Source: Ruditapes philippinarum (lineage: Eukaryota). Taken from it: a stretch of DNA of 64,000 nt. Below are positions 13,727 to 25,390 of the stretch, piece by piece. The notes beneath the pieces were generated by a model that had not been told where the DNA came from, ran no database searches, and was given only the letters and a program-made list of their open reading frames with translations. A program made the position numbers and the translations under genes. Position 1 is the stretch's first letter. Every line of letters starts with the position of its first letter. The stretch spans positions 186,001-250,000 of the forward strand of contig NW_026863152.1 in assembly GCF_026571515.1 (NCBI RefSeq), in the 5' to 3' direction.

Positions 13727-16700
13727 TGATAAGTACTGTTTTGGAATGGCAACTACCGACCAAGACTGACAAGCACAGGTATGGACTAACCAATACGGGT
13801 CTGGAATGACAAGCACTGGTCAAGACTGACAAGTACTGGTATGGACCAACTATTACTGACCTGGAATGACAAGAACTGGCCTAGACTGACAAGCACTGGT
13901 ATGGACTATCTATAAATGGCCATGATTGACAAGAACTGGCCTAGATTGGCGAGCATTGGTATAGACAATGTATTACTGACCTGGAATGACAATAACTGGC
14001 CTAGACTGACAAACACTGGTATGGACTAAGTGTTGCTGGCCTGGAATAACAAGAACTGGACACTGGTATGGACTATCTATGACTGGCCTGGAATGACAAG
14101 AACTGGCCTAGACTGACGAGCACTGATATGGACTAACTATTACTGGCCTGGCATGACAAAAACTGGGCTCTGGTATGGACTATCTATTACTGGTCTGAAA
14201 TGACAAGAACTGGCCTAGACTGACGAGCACTGATATGGACTAACTATTACTGGCCTGGAATGACAAGAACTGGGCACTGGTATGGACTATCTATTACTGG
14301 TCTGGAATGACAAGAACTGGCCTAGACTGACGAGCACTGATATGGACTTACTATTACTGGCCTGGCATGAAAAAAACTGGCATAGACTGGTGAGTACTGG
14401 TATGGATTATTACTAGCCTGGAATAACAAGAACTGGCCTAGACTGGCGGGCACTGGCATTAACTAACTATTACTGGTCTGGAATGACAAGAACTGGCCTA
14501 GACTGGCGAGCACTGGTATTGACTAACTATTACTGGTCTGGAATGACAAGAACTGGCCCAGACTGGCAAGTATTGGTATGGACTATGTATTATTGACCTG
14601 GAATAACAAGAACTCGCCTAGACTGGCGAGCACTGTTATGTTGTATGGACTAACTATTACGAGCAGAAATGGCCAGCAATAGACCAGTATTTGTCATTCC
14701 AAACCAGTAATAGATAGTCCATACAAGTACTTGTCAGTCAAAACCAGTATTTGTCATTCCAAACCAGTAATAGATAGTCCATACAAGTACTTGTCAGTCA
14801 AAACCAGTATTTGTCATTCCAAACCAGTAAAAGCTAGTCCATACAAGTACTTGTCAGTCAAAACCAGTATTTGTCATTCCAAACCAGTAATAGATAGTCA
14901 ATACAAGTACTTGTCAGTCAAAACCAGTATTTGTCATTCCAGGCCAGTAAAAGCTAGTCCATACAAGTACTTGTCAGTCAAAACCAGTATTTGTCATTCC
15001 AAATCAGTCTATGCCAGTTCTTGTCATTCCAAACCAGTAAAAGCTAGTCCATGCAAGTGCTTGTCAGTCTATGCCAGTTCTTGTCATTCCAAACCAGTAA
15101 TAGATAGTTCATACAAGTGCTTGTCAGTCTATGCCAGTTCTTGTCATTCCAGGCCAGTAAAAGCTAGTCCATACAAGTGCTTGTCAGTCTATGCCAGTTC
15201 TTGTCATTCCAGGCTAGTAAAAAGCTAGTCCATACAAGTGCTTGTCAGTCTATGCCAGTTCTTGTCATTCCAGGCCAGTAAAAGCTAGTCTATACAAGTG
15301 CTTGTCAGTCTATGCCAGTTCTTGTCATTCCAGGCCAGTAAAAGCTAGTCAATACAAGTGCTTGTCAGTCTATGCCAGTTCTTGTCATTCCAAACCAGTA
15401 AAAGCTAGTCCATACAAGTGCTTGTCAGTCAAAACCAGTATTTGTCATTCCAAACCAGTAAAAGATATAGTCCATACAAGTACTTGTCAGTCTATGCCAG
15501 TTCTTGTCATTCCAGGCCAGTAAAAGCTAGTCCGTTACAAGTGCTTGTCAGTCAAAGCCAGTATTTGTCATTCCAAACCAGTAAAAGATAGTCCATACAA
15601 GTGCTTGTAAGTCTATGCCAGTTCTTGTCATTCCAGGCCAGTAAAAGCTAGTCCATACAAGTGCTTGTCAGTCTATATATGCCAGTTCTTGTCATTCCAG
15701 GCAAGTAAAAGCTAGTCCATACAAGTGCTTGTCAGTCAAAACCAGTATTTGTCATTCCAGGCCAGTAAAAGCTTAGTCCATACAAGTGCTTGTCAGTCCT
15801 ATGCCAGTTCTTGTCATTCCAAGCCAGTAAAAGCTAGTCCATGTCCATACAAGTGCTTGTCAGTCTATGCCAGTTCTTGTCATTCCAGGCCAGTAAAAGC
15901 TAGTCCATACAAGTGCTTGTCAATCTAGGCCTGTTCTTGTCATTCCAGGCCAGTAAAAGCTAGTCCATTCAAGTGCTTGTCAGTCTATGCCAGTTCTTGT
16001 CATTCCAGGCCAGTAAAAGCTAGTCCATACAAGTGCTTGTCAGTCTATGCCAGTTCTTGTCATTCCAGGCCAGTAAAAGCTAGTCAATACAAGTGCTTGT
16101 TAGTCTATGCCAGTTCTTGTCATTCCAGGCCAGTAAAAGCTAGTCCATACAAGTGCTTGTTAGTCTATGCCAGTTCTTGTCATTCCAGGCCAGTAAAAGC
16201 TAGTCCATACAAGTGCTTGTAAGTCTATGCCAGTTCTTGTCAGTCTATGCCAGTTCTTGTCATTCCAAGCCAGTAAAAGCTAGTCCATACAAGTGCTTGT
16301 CAGTCTATGCCAGTTCTTGTCATTCCAGGCCAGGAAAAAGCTAGTCCATACAAGTACTTGTCAGTCTATGCCAGTTCTTGTCATTCCAGGCCAGTAAAAG
16401 CTAGTCCATACAAGTGCTTGTTAGTCTATGCCAGTTCTTGTCATTTCCAGGCCAGTAATACATAGTCCATACAAGTGCTCGCCAGTCTAGGTCAGTTCTT
16501 GTCATTCCAGGCCAGTAATACATAGTCCATACAAGTGCTTGTCAGTCTATGCTATGCCAGTTCTTGTCATTCCAGGCCAGTAAAAGCTAGTCCATACAAG
16601 TGCTTGTCAGTCTATGCCAGTTCTTGTCATTCCAAGCCAGTAAAAGCTAGTCCATACAAGTGCTTGTCAGTCTATGCCAGTTCTTGTCATTCCAGGCCAG

Positions 16701-18660
16701 TTAAAGCTAGTCCATACAAGTGCTCGTCAGTCTATGCCAGTTCTTGTCATTCCAGGCCAGTAAAAGCTATTCCATACAAGTGCTTGTCAGTCTATGCCAG
16801 TTCTTGTCATTCCAGGCCAGTAAAAGCTAGTCCATACAAGTGCTTGTTAGTCTATGCCAGTTCTTGTCATTCCAGGCCAGTAAAAGCTAGTCAATACAAG
16901 TGCTTGTCAGTCTATGCCAGTTCTTGTCATTCCAGGCCAGTAAAAGCTAGTCCATACAAGTGCTTGTCAGTCAAAACCAGTATTTGTCATTCCAGGCCAG
17001 TAAAAGCTAGTCCATACAAGTGCTTGTCAGTCTATGCCAGTTCTTGTCATTCCAAGCCAGTAAAAGCTAGTCCATGTCCATACAAGTGCTTGTCAGTCTA
17101 TGCCAGTTCTTGTCATTCCAGGCCAGTAAAAGCTAGTCCATACAAGTGCTTGTCAATCTAGGCCTGTTCTTGTCATTCCAGGCCAGTAAAAGCTAGTCCA
17201 TTCAAGTGCTTGTCAGTCTATGCCAGTTCTTGTCATTCCAGGCCAGTAAAAGCTAGTCCATACAAGTGCTTGTCAGTCTATGCCAGTTCTTTGTCATTCC
17301 AGGCCAGTAAAAGCTAGTCAATACAAGTGCTTGTTAGTCTATGCCAGTTCTTGTCATTCCAGGCCAGTAAAAAGCTAGTCCATACAAGTGCTTGTTAGTC
17401 TATGCCAGTTCTTGTCATTCCAGGCCAGTAAAAAGCTAGTCCATACAAGTGCTTGTAAGTCTATGCCAGTTCTTGTCAGTCTAGGCCAGTTCTTGTCATT
17501 CCAGACCAGTAATAGATATAGTTAGTCCATACCAGTGCTTGTCAGTCTAGACCAGTTCTTGTCATTCCAGACCAGTAATAGATATAGTTAGTCCATACCA
17601 GTGCTCGCCAGTCTAGACCAGTTCTTGTCATTCCAGACCAGTAATAGATATAGATAGTCCATACCAGTGCTTGTCAGTCTAGGCCAGTTCTTGTCATTCC
17701 AGACCAGTAATAAATATAGATAGTCCATGCCAGTGCTTGTCAGTCTAGGCCAATTCTTGTCATTCCAGGCCAGTAATAAATATAGATAGTCCATACCAGT
17801 GCTTGTCAGTCTAGGCCAGTTCTTGTCATTCCAGACCAGTAATAAATATAGATAGTCCATACCAGTGCTTGTCAGTCTAGGCCAGTTCTTGTCATTCCAG
17901 ACCAGTAATAGATATAGTTAGTCCATACCAGTGCTTGTCAGTCTAGGCCAGTTCTTGTCATTCCAGACCAGTAATAAAGCTAGTCCATACAAGTGCTGTG
18001 TCAGTCTATGCCAGTTCTTGTCATACCAGGCCAGTAAAAGCTAGTCCATACAAGTGCTTGTCAGTCTATGCCAGTTCTTGTCATTCCAGGCCAGTAAAAG
18101 CTAGTCAATACAAGTGCTTGTTAGTCTATGCCAGTTCTTGTCATTCCAGGCCAGTAAAAGCTAGGTCCATACAAGTGCTTGTTAGTCCTATGCCAGTTCT
18201 TGTCATTCCAGGCCAGTAAAAGCTAGTCAATACAAGTGCTTGTTAGTCTATGCCAGTTCTTGTCATTCCAGGCCAGTAAAAGCTAGTCCATACAAGTGCT
18301 TGTTAGTCTATGCCAGTTCTTGTCATTCCAGGCCAGTAAAAGCTAGTCCATACAAGTGCTTGTCAGTCTATGCCAGTTCTTGTCATTCCAAGCCAGTAAA
18401 AGCTAGTCCATACCAGTACACCATTGACATGGATTATCTATTACTGATTTCGAATGACAAATACTGGTCTAGACTGGCAAGCACTAGTATGAAATAACAA
18501 GTACTAGGCTGACGGGAATGGTCTATACTGGCAAACCCTGGTCTGGAAAGACAAGTTCTGGTCTCCAATGACAAAAACTGGACGGACTATCAATAACTGG
18601 CCTGGACTCACAAGAGCTGTTCTGGACTCACAAGAGCTGGTCTGGAATAACCAGTAGTGC
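13721..18660. repeat. 60-bp tandem satellite (3 x ~20-bp subunits) with a centrally inverted block
   Basis: CTGGAATGACAAGAACTGGC-CTAGACTGACAAGCACTGGT-ATGGACTAACTATTACTGGC at 13721-14660; its reverse complement at ~14680-18415; original orientation again at ~18420-18660; 64-bp variant at ~17470-17980. Confidence 0.96.
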
Positions 18661-19541
18661 CTCCATACGTAGGAAACATGGTTGACACCTTTGTTAGGTT
18701 CTAGTCAATTACAATAGAAAATGAGAAAACAAACTACTACATTCAAATGAATTTATTGTGAAGCCATAAAGTAAGAACACAGTGACTTTAAAATTCAAGA
18801 AAATGACGCAGTGACAGTTACAATAATACATATAGCGATACATTTATAGTTAAAAAGTATACATTTTTATTATCTTAACATCTTTTCTTTTAGAAACAAC
18901 TAAGTCTGTTGATATGCAGATTCGTAATTCGTTGATGGAAAGTTTCTTGTATATTTAATATTTTAATAATAAAATCCATTATAGATATATATTCACGTTA
19001 AATTAAATGTTATATTTAAATGTTGATACACACAAAAAAAATCATAATACATGCAATTCTTACCTGAATATTTCGGCAAGAATTAAAAAAAGCTGAATAT
19101 AACAAATAATGTAATACAATAATATAGATGCATGTACATACAATGTACATGTAAAAGACAAAACATTATGAAGCATTAACAATATACATGTATGTATTAC
19201 GTAATAAAAAAAGTTTGTAGTCTGTAAAAATACCTTAATTAACACAACAAAAAACACCTAAAAGGCTTCAGAAACCTCTTTTTGCTTCTTTAGAAAGGGC
19301 AAATATGAGTTTCATGCTTTGAGAAACAAAAGATAAAAGTATTTCTGAGGCATAATGGGCCTTTAATACTTATAAAATAATAGAAAATCGACTTGTAGAA
19401 GTTATATGGTAATTATGTTTAAAATAAAAAACGAGTCACTAATCTTTGAAATTTGACGCTAAAAGGTTGCGACGGGGCACTTTTGCTTAAAATTAACTAA
19501 CAATACGTAATAATTATAAACAACAATTTCTGAGCAACATT

Positions 19542-19765
19542 TGAGCCGTGTCACGACAAAACCAACATAGTGCGTTTGCGACCAGCATGGATCCAGACCA
19601 GCCTGCGCATCCGCGCAGTCTGATCAGGGCTTACCGACTCTATTATAAGTAGAGAAACTGATAGCGAACAGCTTGGATCCTGATCAGACTGCGCGGATGC
19701 GCAGGCTGGTCTGGATCCATGCTGGCCGCAAACGCACTATGTTGGATTAGTCGTGACGCGGCTCA
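19542..19765. mobile_element. Foldback MITE with ~85-bp terminal inverted repeats (TGAGCCG...CGGCTCA)
   Basis: Arms nearly complementary (GACCAGCATGGATCCAGACCAGCCTGCGCATCCGCGCAGTCTGATCAGG); second copy at 62003-62239. Confidence 0.9.
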
Positions 19766-20511
19766 TTTCATTACTTCTGAGATGATTTTGTAGACATGTT
19801 CGATCGGACAAACTTATTTAAAATTGATTCAACTTGTAGAAGTTCTTTTAAACTTAATAAATAACTTGTTACTTTTATAATGATATTAATAAGTAAAAGT
19901 AAGACTCTAATAACCAAATAAGAACTATTTGTTTTTTCTGCTAAATGCAAGGAGCGGAGCGCCCGGTCGGAAGTTAAATAGACACGAACTGGCTCAGTCG
20001 TTTATGCGCGCGCAATTTAATATAGACGGGTTGGAAACATTTTGTTGGAACCAGTCAGGAATTTGTCAGATTCATCCATTTCATTGGATGAAAAAGTAGG
20101 TCAAAGACTAGCCTAAACTACAAATGGACGGAATAAGAAGTTCTTTTAAGGCAAAGTTGAAGGTACTCGTCCTAGATGTCTGGTGACGATGTGAAGACCG
20201 CGGTATTTCTTTTCCTGAAAAATTAATTTCAGAAATACTAGCTAGATTAACTATAACATATAAAGCACGATGGCCATTGATGCACAATAAAATTAACAGA
20301 AAAAAAGATCAAGTTGGCTCTATGCAATTTTATGAAACATGCCGATAGCATTTGTAGAAACCGGTTCAAATGTATGTCAAGTGAAATGATGTGAATATTT
20401 TCACCATATGTCTTTAGCAGTTTATACAATTCAAAGGCCTTATTCAAATGTGTCACTAACTCTGCGTATTTTACCCCTTTGGTCTATAAAGGATTTATTT
20501 TCAGTTCAAAT

Positions 20512-20760
20512 GTCGGAAGCTATAAGCTTATAGCAACACGCTCGAAACCAGTCCTGGAATCAACCAGTGTGAAGTTTCTTGCTCACGGAAACAACGGCTT
20601 GCCCCTGGTGGTGGTGGTAGCTTTTACTCAGGATCACAGCAGTAAGCCAGCCTGCATTTACCAGAGTACAGTTCAGCCACAGCACCCCTGTTGGGGATTG
20701 AACCTACATAAACGCGTTCAGCAATCCTTACATAACTAGTCTAACTATTCGACAAAGCCA
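20512..20760 (-). mobile_element. CORE-type tRNA SINE interrupted by a 77-bp insertion
   Basis: Minus strand GTTGTTTCCGTGAGCAAGAAACTTCAC..CTGGTTGATTCCAGG; B-box-like GGTTCAATCCCC; tail GGAAGCTATAAGCTTAT also at ~45384-45415. Confidence 0.55.
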
Positions 20761-21699
20761 CTTTTGACAATATTTTATATTTGTGCGCACCGGCTTTAAT
20801 TGAAGCTCACCGTTTGAGGCTGATTAATTGAGTTAACACTTTAAACTGAAGGATTGAGGATGGAAGTATCTGCAAACCAATATTTCGGCCCTTTCACTCA
20901 TACCTCAAATAGATACGGATAAACTTTTTTAACATTACGAGTAATCAGCGATGTGTTCCAAATGAAATTGAAGGCAACTTAAATCGGAACGTAAGTGTAT
21001 GTGGACAGCTTCAAAGGGTATGATGTCGGTTTGGTTGGAAACTGAAGCCAGAACGTAAGAACACGGGTCCAACTTTAAATGCAAAGTAAGCAGATCTGAC
21101 AGAAGAAACACCAGAATGTGGTTAAACTAAAAAACGAAACGCTATGGGATTAAGGGGAGAGGGTGTGAAGCGGAGGTCAAGCTTAGAAGATATTGTGCTA
21201 ATAAAAATCAGTTTGACATATTTGATAAGATAAAAAAAAACAAATATTTCAAGTATTCTTTTGTAAGAGGTCGTCAAAACAGTGGTACTACATTGTATTT
21301 TCATTAAACTGTATAATTTTTCTTTCAATTGATTTAGCACAACTGTGTTTCTATATACAAAAAGGTAAGGCACTTTTTTGTTCAAGATTTTGTTTCCCTA
21401 TATTTTGTATAAGGAAAAAATGAAATAAGATCAGTTTACATTGAGATTCGCAAGATACTTGAAATAAGGTAATAAATGTTAATTTCGTAAGACGAATGTG
21501 CCAATGATTACAATTTCCTTCATATATACAACTTATTATTTTCATTTTATATTGTTGATGTCCCGTTTAATATTCATGTGTAAGGAGATATAATGTGGTA
21601 ACAAGAATTAAACAAGAGCTTGATTACACAAAATCTAAATAAGAAAAAAATGTTTCCGTAAATATAGTGAAATGAACATGATGAAAAAAATCCAAACCA

Positions 21700-22980
21700 A
21701 ACTCTAGTTTGTATGTGTCTTACGATTACTGCATAAAATCACATGTTAACACTGATGGTTTACAGTGTGAAAATGATTTCGGCATAAAACCACATATTAA
21801 CATTAATTTTCTAAAGTGTGTAAAAGATCTCTGTATAACACTAATGTTTTAAAGTTTGTAAATTATTTCTGCATAAGGTTACATGTTAACACTAATGTTT
21901 TAAAGTATATTAAATATTTCTACATAAAAGCTTATGTTTACACCAATGGTGTAACGATTGTCAAAGAGTTCTACTTAAAATCACATTAACATTAATGGTT
22001 TAACTTTTGTCAAAGATTACTGCAAAAAATCACGTTTACAATAAAGTTGTAAACTGTGTCAAAGATTTCCACATAAAAATCACATATTTGCAATAAAGTT
22101 GTAGTGGGTCAAATATTTCTACATAAGAATCACTTGTTTACTCTAATGTTTTAAATGATTTCAAATATTTCTACATACAATTACATGTTTAAAGTAATGT
22201 TTTAACGTTTGTCAAAGATTACTTCATAAAAATCACATGTTTACACTAATGTTTTAACATTTGTCAAAAATTTCTACCTAAAATTACATGTTTACACTAG
22301 TGTTTTAAAGTTTGAAAAATATTTCTACATTAATTACATGTTTACACCAATACTTTAAAGTGTGTCAAAGTTTTCTGCACAAAATTACATGTTTACTCCA
22401 ATGCCTTTAAGTGTGTCAAACATTTTAGCATAAAATCACATGTTTACACTTATGGTAAGATTTCTACATATAATCATATTGGCACTAATGTCAATGATTT
22501 TTGCATAAAATCAAATGTTAACACTGATGGTTAAAAGTGGTGCAAAGGTTTCTGCATACAATAATATGTTTACACTTATGGTTTAATGTGAATTAAAGGT
22601 TTCTGTATAAAATAACATTCTTATGACAAATTATCAAAAGTTTCTATATAAAATCTGTGAAATGGTTTTCTAAAAAATTACATGCTAATTTTTAGAGAAC
22701 ATTGTAAAATCAAATATCATGTTTAATACAGCAATTTTACGACAAATTGCTAAATGGTTACTATATGAAATTACATTTTTATGCAAATGTTTTGAAAGTG
22801 CATATCATATCATATCATATCACAAACTTACATCAAAACTGTAACATGTTGCCTAAAGGTGACTGTATGATATCATTTGTTTTCACCATTATTTTTTTTT
22901 TAAAGTGACTGAAAGATTTCTGCAAAGAAACACTTTTTTCACATGTAAAGTTACCCTTTTTGTAAAGTTTGTCAAAAGAT
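21700..22980. repeat. Degenerate ~51-bp tandem array (CATAAAATCACATGTTTACACTAATGTTTTAAAG...)
   Basis: ACATGTTT anchors at 22183, 22235, 22286 and 22336. Confidence 0.85.
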
Positions 22981-23128
22981 TATTGGAATTAAATAACATA
23001 AGATGACACCAAATGTTTACACGTGGTTTACCTCGTAATCAAAATGGCAGCTTTTTATTTGTTAATCCTTGCTTGGTAGCAAAATGACTAGAAGGAATCT
23101 TTCACAAAGTTGCATTGAAACAATATTA

Positions 23129-24720
23129 AACAAGAGGGCCATGATGGCCCTGAGGTCGCTCACCTGTATATACCCCCCACCCCAATGTTGCAGGGCCAAT
23201 TTAACCCAAGGGCTTTTATTTGCACAAACTTGGTAGACACCCATAAGAAGATGTTTCATGCTAAACATCTAAGCTCTAGCTCATTGGGCTTTTTAAAAGA
23301 AGATTTTTTTTAAAGTTAATACTATACACATATACAAAAATGTAGTTAAAAACAATGACACCCCTGGGGCCGGGCCAGTTTTGACCCCAGGGCTTTTATT
23401 TGAACAAACTTTGTAGACACTTACTAGAAGATGTTCCATGCTTAATATCTAAACTGTAGCTATTTGAGTTTTTTCAAAGAAGATTTTAAGTTTTTGCTAT
23501 ACACATATAAAGAAAATCAATGACCCCCGGGGCGGGGCCAATTTTAACCCCAGGTCTTTTATTTAAACAAACTTTGTAGACACTCACTAAAAGATGTTTC
23601 ATGCTTAATATCTTAACTTTAGCTATTTGGGTTTTTTCAAAGAAGATTTTTTAAGTTTTTGCTACATGTATACACATATAAGGAAAATCAATGACCCCCG
23701 GGGCGGTGCCAATTTTGACCCCAGGGCTTTTATTTGAACAAACTTGGAAGACACCTATTAGAACATGTTTGATGCAAAATATCTTAGCCATAGCTCTTTG
23801 AGTTCTTTAAAAGAAGATTTTTTAAGTTTTTACTATATGCATATAGGGAAAATCAATGACCCCCCGGGGCGGGGCCAATTTTGACCCCAGGGCTTTTATT
23901 TGAACAAACTTGGTAGACACTTATTAGAACATGTTTCATGCTAAATATCTTAGCTCTAACTCTTTTGGTTCTTTAAAAGAAGATTTTTTAAGTTTTTACT
24001 ATATGCATATAGGGAAAATCAATGACCCCCTGGGGCAGTGCCAATTTTGACCCCAGGGCTTTTATTTGAACAAACTTGGTAGACACTTATTAGAACATGT
24101 TTGATGCTCAATATCTTAGCCATAGCTCTTTATGTTTTTTAAAAGAAGATTTTTTAAGTTTTTACTATATGCATATAGGGAAAATCAATGACCCCCCGGG
24201 GCGGGGCCAATTTTGACCCCAGGGCTTTTATTTGAAGAAACTTGGTAGACACCCATTAGAACATGTTTCATGCTAAATATCTTAGCTCTAGCTCTTTGGG
24301 TTCTTTAAAAGAAGATTTTTTAAGTTTTTACTATATGCATATTGGGAAAATCAATGACCCCCAGGGGCGGGGCCAATTTTGACCCCCAGGGCTTTTATTT
24401 GAACAAACTTGGTAGACACTCACTAGAAGATGTTTCATGCCAAATATCTAGGCTCTAGCTCTTATGGCTTTTTAAAAGAAGATATTTAAAGTTTTTTCTT
24501 TTGGTTGCCATGGCAACCAGAGTTCTGCATGGAATTAAATTCTTTGAACAATTTTTAAAGGTGACCACCAAAGGAACATTCCTGTGAAGTTTGGATGAAA
24601 TTGGCTCAGTGGTTTATGAGGAGATGTCATTTAAAGCAAAAGTTTACGGACGGACGGACGGACGCCGGACGAAAAGCGATCACAAAAGCTCACCCTGTCA
24701 CTTTGTGACAGGTGAGCTAA
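23129..24720 (-). mobile_element. Non-autonomous Helentron-associated (HINE/pearl/DINE-1-like) element with ~8 internal 166-bp repeats
   Basis: Minus strand: 5' subTIR AGCTCACCTG with short inverted repeat, (CGTC)n microsatellite, 166-bp tandem units, 3' subTIR CAGGTGAGC, palindrome AGGGCCATCATGGCCCT, then CTTGTT; near-identical termini at 59949-61848. Confidence 0.9.
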
Positions 24721-25390
24721 CAATATAGACATACGTTTAAAATTAATCTATTTGACAGCACAATGTAATGCCTATCTTAGAAAATATCTTTAAAAATGTC
24801 ACACTAAAATTGTTTATATCTTCATATCTTCTTTTCTTCATATCATCCAGGTTATTTCCAAGTAAAAATGTAAAAGGTCTGAATAAGTAAAAAACAGACC
24901 ACCTTGCCCTTATAACATGCTGGTATCAAAAACAATACATAACTAGAAGTCCCAGATGGTCCTGAGAAAGAAGTGACAACACACAGTGGTAACCGCACAA
25001 TCCATTCAATGCAATATACATGTACATCGGGTGAGCAGATAAATGTATAAACCGGCATATTATACAAAGACAAACCAGTTAGTGAAAGATAATGTGAATT
25101 TAATCACATATAGTAATCAAGCCAATTTCACTTTTTTGACCCATACATGATTGTATAACACTCTGGTCTGGGATTTCTGAATATGATACGGGCAGTATAC
25201 AAGGATGATTAACCAATCACATGCGGCTTACACATCACGTGCCACTCCATAGACAAAAAACCTTGTCACGTGACCCTCCTTGCCTAAAAATTGATTGTAT
25301 TCAAGTTACCTTGCTTTAAGCTACACAGATTTTGCACCATTCAGCCCATTGTCATTAATTTTTTGACCTAGAGTTTCTCTAATTGTCTTT

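Noticed and set aside
14731-18497. Cys/Ser-rich 20-aa repeat ORFs
   Set aside because: Translations of the 60-bp satellite, broken by frequent frameshifting indels.
19542-19765. Pre-miRNA-like hairpin
   Set aside because: Multi-copy foldback MITE; no conserved metazoan miRNA sequence recognised.
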